A stretch of 64,000 nt of DNA from the NCBI GenBank assembly GCA_039028615.1, contig JBCCHT010000014.1, positions 128,001 through 192,000 on the forward strand, in the 5' to 3' direction. The notes under the pieces were generated by a model. It had not been told where the DNA came from, searched no databases, and saw only the letters and a program-made list of their open reading frames with translations. The position numbers and the translations under genes are program-made. The stretch's first letter is position 1. Each line of letters starts with the position of its first letter. Positions 39,447 to 50,200 of this stretch are shown here, piece by piece. The stretch is from Myxococcota bacterium (GTDB taxonomy: Bacteria; Myxococcota_A; Polyangia; Nannocystales; Nannocystaceae).

Positions 39447-40388
39447 ATGGAACTGGTCATCCCCGAACCCCACGAGGCCCACGCCGGTCTGCGCGCAATC
39501 AAGACCGTGCTCACCTGCGAGGCCCCCCTCAACCCCATCGAGACCAAGCTGCTCGAGGCGGCGCAGACCCACATCCTGCGCCACCAGGTGGACCTCGAGG
39601 CGTTGAGCCCCATCGCGCCCGCCGAGCTGGCCCAGGCCGTGACGCGCCCGGAGGTGCGGGCTCAGCTCGTGCGCGGGATGGTGATCGGCAGCTTCGCCAG
39701 CGGCGACGCCAACGAGACTCAGCTCGAGCTCATCGGCACCTTCGCCGCCGCGCTGGGCGTGGAGCCCCCGGCCCTCGAAGAGCTCCGTCGCTTGGTCCAC
39801 AAGCAGCTCGCCACGCTGCGCTTCGACGTGCTGCGCAAGATGTACATCGGCCAGGCCATCGGATCGATCTGGGACGACGAAGGCTTCCGCGGGATCATGA
39901 AGGTCATCGGCAGCTTTCGCGGCTGGCGCGAAGAACCCGAGCTCGCCGCCCGCTACCAGGCCATGGGCGAGCTGCCGCTCGGCACCCTCGGTCGCGAGTT
40001 CTACGAACACTGTCGTCGCCACGAGTTCCCGCTGCCCGGCGAGCGCTTCTGCGGCCCCGAGCTGATGGTCCGCCACGACATGGCCCACGTGCTCGGCGGC
40101 TACGGCAGTGACCCCGAGGGCGAGATGCAGGTCGCGGCCTTCACCGCGGGCTTCCGCCGCGAGCAGAGCATGCACATCCTGCTCTTCGTGCTCTGCCAGT
40201 TCGACCTGGGGATCCAGATGGTGCCCGTGGCCGCGCCCGAGTTCGGCAACCTCGACGCCGACCTGTTCCTGCGCGCGCTGGCCCGTGGCGCCCGCATGAA
40301 CCTCGACCTGTTCGACTGGGACTACTGGGCGGTCATAGAACAGCCGGTCACCGCGCTTCGCGAGCGCTACGGCATCACGGCGGCGTGA
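39447..40388 (+). CDS. Hypothetical protein: TerB-like N-terminus and Coq4-like C-terminal domain
   Basis: LPLGTLGREF and HDMAHVLGGYGSDPEGEMQVAAF (Coq4-like HDxxH...E). Confidence 0.7.
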   Translation: MELVIPEPHEAHAGLRAIKTVLTCEAPLNPIETKLLEAAQTHILRHQVDLEALSPIAPAELAQAVTRPEVRAQLVRGMVIGSFASGDANETQLELIGTFAAALGVEPPALEELRRLVHKQLATLRFDVLRKMYIGQAIGSIWDDEGFRGIMKVIGSFRGWREEPELAARYQAMGELPLGTLGREFYEHCRRHEFPLPGERFCGPELMVRHDMAHVLGGYGSDPEGEMQVAAFTAGFRREQSMHILLFVLCQFDLGIQMVPVAAPEFGNLDADLFLRALARGARMNLDLFDWDYWAVIEQPVTALRERYGITAA

Positions 40389-41595
40389 CCGACTGCGTGG
40401 GCCAGCCCATCATCGACCGCAGCGCCGCGGTGTTCATGTTGACTCCGTAGATCACGCCCTGATCGCGGGCTCGATCGACCGCGGCGCTCAGGTCGTCTCG
40501 GGTCTTGCCCCGAGATTGGAACACGGGCCGAGCAAAGACGGTGACCCGGTCCATCTCGATGTCGGCGGCCTCCAGCGCGGCCACGAACTCGGGCATGCGG
40601 TCGTGGACGTCCTCGGTGCGCTCGGTGCCCGGGATCAAGGGCCCACCGACCCATACGTAGACGTGGTGGCCGGGGCCGCTGCCCGCGGGCACCAGCATCT
40701 CGAGCACCTCGATGGCTCGCTGCACGTCCGACTCGCGCGTGATGTCGTAGCGCTCGATGGCCATGGCGCCGTCGCGCAGCCGTCGGCGATAGACATACTC
40801 GCGGGTCAGCGCGATAGCCTCGGGATCGAGGGCGCGTCCGTGAACCACGAGCCCTTTGCCTTCGTCGACGATCTCATGCTCGCTGGGGTTTTCGACGAAC
40901 AATGGGATCACCCGATCGTGGCGCATGCGAACGCCGAAGTACGCCCGATCACTCTCGGCGATGATCTCCCCGCCCTCGGCCGCCACCGCCTCGGGGCCAC
41001 GACTGGCCGCCGCGCGTAGACGCTCGGCGGCCGCGGCCAGGGTATGAACCGAGGTTCGGGCGTTCGCGACACGCAGCTGGTCGTCGGCGCTGGCCGAAGC
41101 CTTCGACTTCGTGGCCCACCGATGCAGCGACTCGCTGGTGGGAAAGCCACCGAAGAGCTTGGCCGGGGTATCGAGCGTGGCCCAAGCCTCGTCGTCGTCG
41201 AGCGCGGGCGTCTGCACGGGCGCCGTCACCCGCCCCGCCCGAGCGTCGTGCACCGCCACCGTCACCCAGTTGGGCGGCAGCATCAGGGCACACGAAGGAT
41301 GGTGAACCGGGTGATCCTGCTGGCTGAACAACGCATCGCGCAGCAGGAACAGCCCCTTGCTGGCCTTCGCCAGTGCCTGGGTCCGCTCGGCGTCGGCACA
41401 CGCGGGCGCATGGTCTTCGAAGGGCGCCCGCAAAGCCCGGTTGTTGCCCTCGTAGCGCAGGTTGGAGAACACCCGCCGCGTGCGACGGCTCAGGCGCGGC
41501 ACCACGTGCGCGTGATCGGCCGGCGCGGTCCAGGACTCCAGCGTGGGAGCGGAAGTCGAGGTCGCGAGGGCCAGCAGCATCGATGACAGGATCAT
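40375..41595 (-). CDS. Hypothetical secreted protein (~406 aa)
   Basis: Signal peptide MILSSMLLALATSTSA; coding-like composition. Confidence 0.7.
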   Translation of the reverse strand: MILSSMLLALATSTSAPTLESWTAPADHAHVVPRLSRRTRRVFSNLRYEGNNRALRAPFEDHAPACADAERTQALAKASKGLFLLRDALFSQQDHPVHHPSCALMLPPNWVTVAVHDARAGRVTAPVQTPALDDDEAWATLDTPAKLFGGFPTSESLHRWATKSKASASADDQLRVANARTSVHTLAAAAERLRAAASRGPEAVAAEGGEIIAESDRAYFGVRMRHDRVIPLFVENPSEHEIVDEGKGLVVHGRALDPEAIALTREYVYRRRLRDGAMAIERYDITRESDVQRAIEVLEMLVPAGSGPGHHVYVWVGGPLIPGTERTEDVHDRMPEFVAALEAADIEMDRVTVFARPVFQSRGKTRDDLSAAVDRARDQGVIYGVNMNTAALRSMMGWPTQSVTPP

Positions 41596-41691
41596 GGGCT
41601 CGTTCGAGGATCGGAGGCGCGGGGACCCAACGCAAGGATCCGGCCCGAAAACGTCGACCCCCGGGCAGACATTCCCACAACCGCCCACCAC

Positions 41692-41750
41692 AAAAAGGCG
41701 CCCCCGCGCCGGCACCGATCCACTGAGGTCGATGCCGCACCGCGGGGGCG
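41692..41750 (-). terminator. Probable intrinsic terminator downstream of the PLD gene
   Basis: CGCCCCCGCG(41699-708)/CGCGGGGGCG(41741-50) stem with an inner stem, followed by TTTTT on the minus strand. Confidence 0.6.
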
Positions 41751-41780
41751 CAGGGGACTCGATGAGGCGAGAGAGGAACT

Positions 41781-43394
41781 TTAGAGCTGGCAGACGCCGG
41801 TCTCGAAGTCGACCGTGGCGGCGAAGCTGGAGTTTTGCCACATCGGCGCCCGGTAGGAGGCCTCGAACTGGCTCGCGGCCGCCTCGTCCTCGACCACGTA
41901 GCCGAAGTCCTGCAGCGTGGCGGGGTACAGGTTCTTGGAGCCGATGTAGAAGGCCTCGCCGTCGACGGAGACGACCTTGGCGTGGTTGGCGGGCGCGTGC
42001 CCGTTGTCCCAGGCGTCCACGCCGTCTTCGATGCGAATGGGGGCGAGCTGAAGGCTGCCGCAGACGAGGGTCTCGGCCTCGAAGGTGCTCACCCCAGCGC
42101 GCTCGGCCACCTTGCGCACCAAGATGTCGCTGACCTCGGTCAGGCTCCCGGCGTTCGAGTAGGGCATGTTGAGCGAGCCCTGCTTGGCGCCGGGCGAGGT
42201 CAGGATGATCTGCACCGCGACGCCGTCGATGAGCTTGTCGGCGAGCACGTCGAAGAGGCGGGCGTCGTACTTCGAGTTGGCGAAAGGCGGCGCACAGGGA
42301 GCGATGAGGTCCTGCTGCGACAGGAACACGCTGCGCTCGGCGCTGGCCACCAGCGCACGCAGGCCCTCTTCCTCGGGGTTGGCGACGGAGTAGCCGGTGT
42401 CATCGTTGACGTAGTCGTCGAACCAGCCCGAGCACGCGGCGTGGTCGTCGTCGGCCGCGGGCAGGCCCGGGCCGTAGCCGCCGGGCACGTCCATGCCGAA
42501 GCCCAGGCCGCCCAGCGCCATCACCTGCGCCGTGCCGACGGGCGCGACCTCGGTGGTGGAGTGCGTGCGGGGGCAAGCGCTGCCCATGGCGTCGCTGCGC
42601 GCGAGGTCGACGTAGAAGGTCGACTGCCACCACGAGTCGCCGTTGTCACAGGCGAAGCCCCACAGCTCGTCCGCGAACAGGTGGGCCGAGTCGGCGGCGG
42701 GACCCGCCAGGCGCATCGTCATGTCGTTGACCGGGTCGGTCACCTCGCCGTAGGAGGCGGTCCACAGGTTGTGCCCACCCACGATGGCGGTGCGAGAGTC
42801 GACGGCGATGATCTTGGAGTGGTTCCAGGAGTACAGCCAGCTGGTCTCCACGCCGGCCACGATGAAGCGCGCGTCGTTGCCCGCCGCACCGAGGTCGGCG
42901 ACCAGGCGGTCGTGGTAGTCGAACGCGCTCTCCGACACCGGGCTGGTGAAGTTGCCCAGGCCCGGCGGCGTGCCGCCCAGGATGCGGATGGTCAGATCGG
43001 GGTTCTCGTCCAGCGCGGTGAGCAGACCGTCGACGATGGCCTCTTGGAAGATGCCGTCCGGGTAGGTCACCAGCGTGGTGATGTCGACCCACTCCTGTGC
43101 GGACGCGATGTCCTCGTAGATGGTGTCGGCGAGGACCTGAGCGCCCAGGGGGTCACAGCCCGCGTCGCCCCAGCAGTCGGGGCTCTGGAGCAGCCACTCG
43201 TCACCCTCGACGCCGTAGCCGGAGATGTCGTTGCCGACGCTCCGACCCCAGACCGTGCCCTCCGAACCCGGAGCGAGATCGCGAAGGGCATCTTCGACGC
43301 GATCGATATGGGGCGTGGCCGCCTCGGCGGGAAGAGAGACGAGAACGCTGGCCGCAGTGGCGAGCACGAACGAAAACTGTCGCAGAGAAGTCAT
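41781..43394 (-). CDS. Secreted phospholipase D
   Basis: Signal peptide; two HxKxxxxD motifs (NHSKIIAVD, NHAKVVSVD); GSKNLYP.LQDFG; WLLQSPDCWGD. Confidence 0.9.
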   Translation of the reverse strand: MTSLRQFSFVLATAASVLVSLPAEAATPHIDRVEDALRDLAPGSEGTVWGRSVGNDISGYGVEGDEWLLQSPDCWGDAGCDPLGAQVLADTIYEDIASAQEWVDITTLVTYPDGIFQEAIVDGLLTALDENPDLTIRILGGTPPGLGNFTSPVSESAFDYHDRLVADLGAAGNDARFIVAGVETSWLYSWNHSKIIAVDSRTAIVGGHNLWTASYGEVTDPVNDMTMRLAGPAADSAHLFADELWGFACDNGDSWWQSTFYVDLARSDAMGSACPRTHSTTEVAPVGTAQVMALGGLGFGMDVPGGYGPGLPAADDDHAACSGWFDDYVNDDTGYSVANPEEEGLRALVASAERSVFLSQQDLIAPCAPPFANSKYDARLFDVLADKLIDGVAVQIILTSPGAKQGSLNMPYSNAGSLTEVSDILVRKVAERAGVSTFEAETLVCGSLQLAPIRIEDGVDAWDNGHAPANHAKVVSVDGEAFYIGSKNLYPATLQDFGYVVEDEAAASQFEASYRAPMWQNSSFAATVDFETGVCQL

Positions 43395-43961
43395 GGCTCG
43401 TTTGCCGGTCAGATGACACGGGGATCCGAGGGCGGCAACGCAGTGCCAACCCGCTCCGATCGCGAGGTCCTCGATCGCGCCATCGAAGCTCGGGCCCGCT
43501 GTTGGGGCGGTCACCAAACGCGGCGGTCTCGAGTGTCCGAGCCCCCCGAAGACCGCCGCGACGGTCCTCGATTTCCGTGGCCACCCGCACCAAACCGGTG
43601 GACCCGGTGGCGGCCCTCACCAAATCGCGGCCGAGGGACGCAAAACGCCACAGTCGATCGAAGTCGAGACCACCCACACAGGCACACAATGTAGTCTTTT
43701 TGCATTTCAATATCTTGACGGCGCAACGCGTAGTGAGCGCCGAATGTTCTACCGTACGGGTGTACGGTTACCGGCGACCACGCGGGAGAAGCGCGGAGTT
43801 GTTGTCGGCCGACGGCGATGCCGCGTCGGTCCGCGCCATGGTGAAGCTTCGACCCCACCGGAGCCACCGCGCCGCGACCGACTCGCCCTTCCTTTACTTC
43901 GGCTTTGCGTTGGCTCGCGAGCCCAGTGACATCGCCCCGCTATGCTCTGAATCGAGGTTCG

Positions 43962-44441
43962 ATGATCAACGCTCGACGAATGCCACTGGCCCTGTTGTTG
44001 CTCGCTCTGCCCCTGGGATGCACGAACGCCGACGCTCACGACGGGCCCGGGCACGACGCCGAGGCTCCGCTCGTGGCTGCGCCCGCGAAGGCTCGCGGCC
44101 CCGGTGGACCGGGCGGCCCCGGCGGTGAGCGAGGTCGAGCGAAAGCCAAAGAGGCCTGCCAGGGCAAAGACGCGGGCGCGGCCTGCCAGATCACCACCCC
44201 CCGCGGGACCCACGACGGCACCTGCCGCGACAACCCGCACGGCGACCGGCTGTGTGTGACCCCGCAGATGGAGGAGCGCCGCAAGAAGCCCGCGGAGGCC
44301 TGCTCGGGCAAGAACGACGGGGACACCTGCACCATGAATTTCCGCGGTCGCGAGGTCGCCGGACAGTGCAAGGCGGGGCCCGACGGCGGCGCGCTCATGT
44401 GCCGTCCCGAACGCCGCGGCCGCCCGCAACCCCCGGCGTGA
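43962..44441 (+). CDS. Small lipoprotein with two Cys-rich repeats
   Basis: PLGC lipobox; EACQGKDAGAAC and EACSGKNDGDTC repeats. Confidence 0.75.
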   Translation: MINARRMPLALLLLALPLGCTNADAHDGPGHDAEAPLVAAPAKARGPGGPGGPGGERGRAKAKEACQGKDAGAACQITTPRGTHDGTCRDNPHGDRLCVTPQMEERRKKPAEACSGKNDGDTCTMNFRGREVAGQCKAGPDGGALMCRPERRGRPQPPA

Positions 44442-44507
44442 GCCCGCCTCCCCTACCCCATCGCGGCCCGCCTGCCGTCGCCGCGCCGATGTGGTATGGG
44501 GCGGCCG

Positions 44508-45380
44508 ATGCTCCGATTGATCCTCACGCACCCCGGCGGCGCGCACAAAGACGACTTGTTGGCGGTCTGCGTCCTGATCGCCAAGTACGGCGCTCCCGTC
44601 GTGCGGCGGGTGCCCACCGACGAGGAGCTCGTGGATCCGGCGGTCGCCATCGTCGACATCGGCGGTGTGCACGACCCGGAGAAGATGGACTTCGACCACC
44701 ATCACTTCCCCCGGGAGCACGCGCCCACCTGCGCGCTGAGCCTGGTGCTGCAGCACCTGGGCATCTACGAAGATGCCCTCAAGTTCTGCGACTGGCTCGA
44801 GGTGGCCGAATGGTTCGACTCGCGCGGGCCCAAGAAGACGGCGGAGTGGCTCGGGGTGCCGCGCCGCGCCGTCTCCCAGCTCAACTCACCCATCGACGTC
44901 ACCCTGCTGCGCCGCTTCGCCGCGAACAGCGAGCTGAAGCCGGGGGACACGCTGTACGAGTACATGCGCTTCGTGGGTGAGGACCTGCTCGAGTACCTCC
45001 GCGTGGTCCGGGAGCGCCTCGACTTCACCGCCTCGGTCGTCCAGCGCTGGACCATCCAGCAGGGCGACGACACCATCGAGGCGGTGTTCCTGCCCCGCAC
45101 CGACCCCATCGTCGACGAGCCGAGCACCGCGGTGGCCAACTACATCCGCGCCGAGGGGCTCGAGGAGGTCGTGGCGGCCACCGTCTATCCCGATCGGCGG
45201 GGCAGCGGCTACGGCATCGGTCGCTACGAGGACCACCCCATGCTCGACTTCTCGCGGGTCGGCGAGGAGCCCGACGTGCACTTCGCCCACAACAGCGGCT
45301 TCGTGTGCAAGACCTCGGCGACCGAGCCCGAGCGGCTGCGCGAGCTCATCGCGGGCGCCTGGGGCCAAGCCAAGGGCTGA
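44508..45380 (+). CDS. MYG1 family protein (DHH-type)
   Basis: THPGGAHKDD, DIGGVHDP...FDHH, FAHNSGF. Confidence 0.85.
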   Translation: MLRLILTHPGGAHKDDLLAVCVLIAKYGAPVVRRVPTDEELVDPAVAIVDIGGVHDPEKMDFDHHHFPREHAPTCALSLVLQHLGIYEDALKFCDWLEVAEWFDSRGPKKTAEWLGVPRRAVSQLNSPIDVTLLRRFAANSELKPGDTLYEYMRFVGEDLLEYLRVVRERLDFTASVVQRWTIQQGDDTIEAVFLPRTDPIVDEPSTAVANYIRAEGLEEVVAATVYPDRRGSGYGIGRYEDHPMLDFSRVGEEPDVHFAHNSGFVCKTSATEPERLRELIAGAWGQAKG

Positions 45381-45384
45381 GCCG

Positions 45385-47214
45385 CTAGCGGTAGCCCGCG
45401 GCCTGAATCGAGAAGAGCTGGGCGTAGCGGCCCTCGTCGGCCATCAGCGCTTGGTGCCCTCCCCGCTCCACCACCCGCCCGTCGTCCATCACCACGATGA
45501 GATCGGCATCGCGGACAGTGGAGAAGCGGTGCGAGACCAGCACCAGGCTGCGCCCCTCGGAGCGCGCCCGCACCTGCTCGAAGAACGCCTGCTCCGCCTC
45601 GGGGTCCACGGCCGAGGTCGGCTCGTCGAGCACCAGGATGTCCGACTCGGCCCGCATGAACGCCCGCGACAGCGCCAGTTTCTGCCACTGGCCACCGCTG
45701 AGGTCCACGCCCCCCTCGAACCATCGGCCGACCTGAGTCTCGTACCCCTGCGGTAGCGCCTCGATGAACGGGGCCGCCATGCCTCGACGCGCCGCTCGTC
45801 GCCAGCCGAGCTCGTCTTCCGCCCGATCGATGTCCCCCAGCCCGATGTTGTCGCCCGCCCGCATCTGGTAGCGAATGAAGTCCTGGAACACGAGCGAGAT
45901 GCGGCGCCGCAGCGCACGTTCGTCCCAGCACTCGAGCGGCAGGCGATCGAGCAGAATCCGTCCTCGAGTGGGCGTGTACAGCCGCGTCAGCAGCTTGACC
46001 AAGGTGGTCTTGCCCGAGCCGTTACCGCCCACCAAGGCCAGCGAAGTGCCGGGTGGGAGGTGCAGGTCGACGTCGGTCAGGGCATCGACGTTCGCCCCGG
46101 GGTAGCGGAAACAAACGCCCTCGAAGCGAATGCCGTCGCCGGGCACCAGGCCCTCGGTGCGGCCTTCGGCGTCCTCTTGCACGGGGTGGTCGAGAAATCC
46201 GAACAGGTTGGACAGGTACAGGTTGTCCTCGTAGGTGCCGCCGAGCGTGCGCAGCAGGTTGGCCACCGCGTTCTGCCCCTGGCGGACCAACGCGACGTAC
46301 ATGGCCATCTCGCCCAGGGTCAGCTGACCGCGGGCGGTCGCCCAGGCAATGCTGCCGTAGATCCCGAAGAACACTAGCGACGACAACGTGCCGGTCACCC
46401 AACCCCACAGGCCTCGCGCCATGGCGAGCGCTCGATCTTCGGGATAGACCCGCTCGAAGACCCGGTCGTAGCGCCGCAGCAGGGTCTGGCCCAAGCCGAA
46501 GGCGCGGACCTCCTTGGCGTAGTCGTCTCGAGTCAGCAGCGTGCTCAGGTAGCTGCGCTCACGACCCTCGGGCGCTCGGAAGTTGGCCAACGCAAAGGCC
46601 CGCCCCGAGTACTTGGCCTCCACGAGCACGGCCGGCACAGCGGCCACGACCAGAGCAAGCACCGCCCACGGCGAGAACATCCACAGCAGCGCCCCCACCC
46701 CCGCCAGCGAGGCACCGCCCTGGGCGAGGCTCGCGACGCGGGACACGGTGGACAGCGGCCGGGACCCCGCCTCCCGCCGGGCTCGCACCAAACGATCGTA
46801 GAAGCGGGAGTCTTCGAAGGCCGACAGCGGAAGGCGACGCGCTCGATCGAGCAGCATGCGCTCCACCTGGTGGGCGAGCCGAACCCGCAGCAGCGCTCCG
46901 ACCACGTCGCCGACCCGAGCCCCCGCCAGCAAAGCCAGCGCCAGGGCCCCCTCGAGCGCGACCCACCCCCATAACGGATCGTAGCTGGGACCGGTGTCGG
47001 CCACCGCGGCCAGGGCCGCGGCGGTGTCGATGACCCCGCGACCGACCCACGCCATGACGGTGGGCAGCACCCCCGCCAAGACCATCAGCCCGACGGTGAC
47101 GGCGAAGAGGCTCCGCTCGAGCGACCACACCAGCGCCAAGGCGCGACCGGTGAAGCGAAAGCCGTGCAGGCCCTCCCTCAGGGCTCGGCCGGCGGCGACG
47201 AAGCGACCGGGCAT
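45385..47214 (-). CDS. ABC exporter (TMD+NBD) without C39 peptidase domain
   Basis: TM helices begin near the N-terminus; GGNGSGKT, LSGGQWQK, LVLDEPTS, SHRFSTVR. Confidence 0.92.
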   Translation of the reverse strand: MPGRFVAAGRALREGLHGFRFTGRALALVWSLERSLFAVTVGLMVLAGVLPTVMAWVGRGVIDTAAALAAVADTGPSYDPLWGWVALEGALALALLAGARVGDVVGALLRVRLAHQVERMLLDRARRLPLSAFEDSRFYDRLVRARREAGSRPLSTVSRVASLAQGGASLAGVGALLWMFSPWAVLALVVAAVPAVLVEAKYSGRAFALANFRAPEGRERSYLSTLLTRDDYAKEVRAFGLGQTLLRRYDRVFERVYPEDRALAMARGLWGWVTGTLSSLVFFGIYGSIAWATARGQLTLGEMAMYVALVRQGQNAVANLLRTLGGTYEDNLYLSNLFGFLDHPVQEDAEGRTEGLVPGDGIRFEGVCFRYPGANVDALTDVDLHLPPGTSLALVGGNGSGKTTLVKLLTRLYTPTRGRILLDRLPLECWDERALRRRISLVFQDFIRYQMRAGDNIGLGDIDRAEDELGWRRAARRGMAAPFIEALPQGYETQVGRWFEGGVDLSGGQWQKLALSRAFMRAESDILVLDEPTSAVDPEAEQAFFEQVRARSEGRSLVLVSHRFSTVRDADLIVVMDDGRVVERGGHQALMADEGRYAQLFSIQAAGYR

Positions 47215-47217
47215 CGG

Positions 47218-50200
47218 CTACTCCCACAGCATGAAGGTGCCGATGGTCTCCGGGTCGTGCACCCGCAGCAGGTGAAACCCGACGCCCGCGAGTCCGTCGA
47301 AGAGGCCGACCTGGAGCGCTTCGCGGGGCAAGCCGATGAGGAGCGAGTAGCCGCCATGGGCCCGAGCCTGCTCGACGACCGCGGCGGTCCACGCCTGGAC
47401 CTCGTCACCGAGTTCGGTGCGACCGGTCGCGCGCCCCATGGTCAGCAGGGCCTCCAGGCGCCCGAAGACACCGCAGCAGACGTTGCCTTCACCGACCGCC
47501 CCGTGCATGCGAGTGGTGGCCACCGCGTGCTCGAGGTCCTCGCGGATCAAGGGCGAGCCCACGCTGTCGAGCATGGCCGCCCGCGACATGCCGATGCCCG
47601 GAGCGCCGTAGCACCAGCTCGAGACGGAGCGGAAGCGGCCGTGTTCGTCGGCTTCCCGCAGGTCGTACCAGTTGCGCACGCGAGGATCGAAGGCCGTGCG
47701 CTCGTAGGCGACCGCCGCCTCGACCACCTGCCGATAGCGCGGGTCGGGATCCAGCTCGGAGAGCCGGGCGAAGGCCAAGGCGAAGCCCGAGGCACCATGA
47801 GACAGGCCGGCCAGCGGCCGCTCTTCGCCCGGCATCCAGCGCGAGCCCTCCGCTCCCGGCTCGCCCAACAGTCGAGGCAACAGGTGCTCGGCACACGCAC
47901 GAGCGAGCTCCAGGGCTCGGGCCGACCCGGTGATGGCGTGCATCCGCAGCAGCCCCAGGATGGCGCCCGCGTTGCCCTTGGTCGCGTCGAGTTCTTCGTC
48001 GTCCGCGTACAGGGTGGCCAGCCGCTCCATGACCACCTCCGCTCGCGCCAGCAAGCTCGGGTCGTCGAGGTACTCGGCCGCCTTGGCCAGGGTGTAGATG
48101 ACCGAGCCGTCGCCCGTCAGCCCGCCCGTGCTCCAGGGCAAGATGCCCTCTTCGAAGCCGCCGTCGATCTCCGCGTAGACGTGGGCCAAGGTCGCGTGGC
48201 AGCACGTCTTCCAGCGCTCCTTGCCGGTCACGCGGTGCAGCGCGGCGAAGAACAGGCCCACGCCCAGGCTGCCGCCGTACAGCAGCGTCGAGCACGGGCC
48301 GAGTCGGAACGCATCGCTGCCGAACAGGTGCTCGAAGGAGATCCAGGTCATGCTGCCGTCGTCGGCCTTGATTGCCGCGCGGTCGAGCTGGTCGCCGATG
48401 CGCTCGGCCTCGGCCACGAAGTCGACGCTGGCGGGGTCGACCTCAAGCGGAGCCTCGGATGCCTGGTGGTCGTGCCCATGCGTCACCCGACCGTTGCGCG
48501 ACTGGATGGAGGCTTGGATGTAGCTCAGCTGGAGCGCCAGATCCTCCTCGCCGAGCGCCGCGAGTCGCTCCCGGACCCCGTCCAGGGGCGCTGCTCGCAA
48601 GAACTCGGACGAGACGAGCTCGCCGGTACCGGTCTGCAGCTCGGCTCGCTCGGTGGGCGCGTAGAAGGCCGGGATGTCGAGACGCGTGAGCGCGGCATGC
48701 TCGATGCGCACGCTGTCCCAGTACGGCGGGCGATCGTCGTGGTGCGGCGGTCGACCGAGCAAGTCGAAGTGAATGCCCCGGTCGACGCCGTCGCGCATGA
48801 GGTCGGGATGGCAGCCGTTCTCGAGCAGGTCGCTATAAAGCCGCGTCGGTCGCAGCACCACGCGTACCCGCTGACCCGCGAAGCCCTGCAGCGGACCCGC
48901 GGGCGCATCGATGCGAGCGCGGGCCTCCAGCAGGTAGCGATACATGCGCTCGAAGCCGCGGGCGAACGCGTCCTGGTGGTCCAAGACCGAGGCACTCTCA
49001 CCGTCGAGCTGCGGCGCGTGGCCCTGTCCACCGAGCGGCAGGCGCGTGGGCGCGAGGTCGAAGTCGTCGGTGTTGACCCCGTGCCAGCCCATGAACTCGC
49101 GATCGGTGACCTGGCCCTCCGCCGCGCCCGCCCCGGAGATGTCCATGCTCTTGCCGTCGATGCCCATCGTCCACTCGGGCAGCAGGCCCGGGCGCTGCAC
49201 CGAGTGCACGGTCTGCTCGCGCGCGAGCTGCTGGGCGCCCGTCCCCATGGGGCTGGGGCGCACGGCAAAGCGCGGGTGCATGACCGTCTCCGCGTCGATC
49301 AGGACCGGGTCGGCCCCGGCCGCGATCACGTTCTCGAAGTGACAGTCGGTGGCCTCGAAGGTGTGCAAGATGGCCAGCATCGCGCCCAGGCGCTCGTAGA
49401 AGGCGACGATCTCGGCTCGAGCGGCGCAGGGGGCCGCTTCGACGAATTCGACCCACCCGTAGTCCGGCCGCGAGCAGATGGACAGCGGTCGGTGCTGGTA
49501 GGGAGCGCCATCGGCCGCGAACCACCGCAGCAGGTCGAACCACGCCACCTCGATGCCGAGCGGGCGCGGCTTGTAGACGACCTTGGTGCCCTCCCCCATC
49601 GTCACGATGAGCACCGAGCGCCCGCCGTTGTGACGATCGGAGATGCCGCCATCGAGGCGAGCGACTCGGGTCTCGTCCCGACCGTCCGCGAAGGCCTCCG
49701 TGAGCGCGCTCCAGTCCGCGTCGAGCCGTTGCACGAACTCGGCGGTGGCCTCGACCCAGTGCAGCACCGCGGTGCCCATGGCGCGAGCCAAGGCGCTGTA
49801 CTCGAGGAAGAAGCTCTGCATGCCGTCGGCACACAGCCGGGCGATGAAGCGATCGTAGTGGCGACGGCTGGTCTCTCCGCGTGCCTGGCGAGCCATGCGT
49901 TCGAGCGGCGACTCGCTGCGCTGACACTCGAGCCGCAGCTCGAGCCGCAGGGATGCAGTGGACAGCCACCCCAGGCTCCGCAGCAGACGGAGGCGCAGGT
50001 CGGCCTTCACCGCGTCGTCGAGCCGCGCCAGCTCGGCGCCCGCGGCCGCCTGGAGGCGGTCGTAGCCCTCATCGACGAAGTGGGCCAAAAGCTCCTGAAA
50101 CGGGGCCGGCAGCCCCGACATGAAGTAGTCACGCTCCGTCGCCGGACCCCGGCCCGCGCGGCTGGCCACGGTCTCGATGAGGCTCGCCCACCCGGGCAGC

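Noticed and set aside
43435..43448. TGGCACTGCGTTGC upstream of the PLD gene as a sigma54 promoter
   Set aside because: GG-to-GC spacing is 9 nt rather than the required 10.
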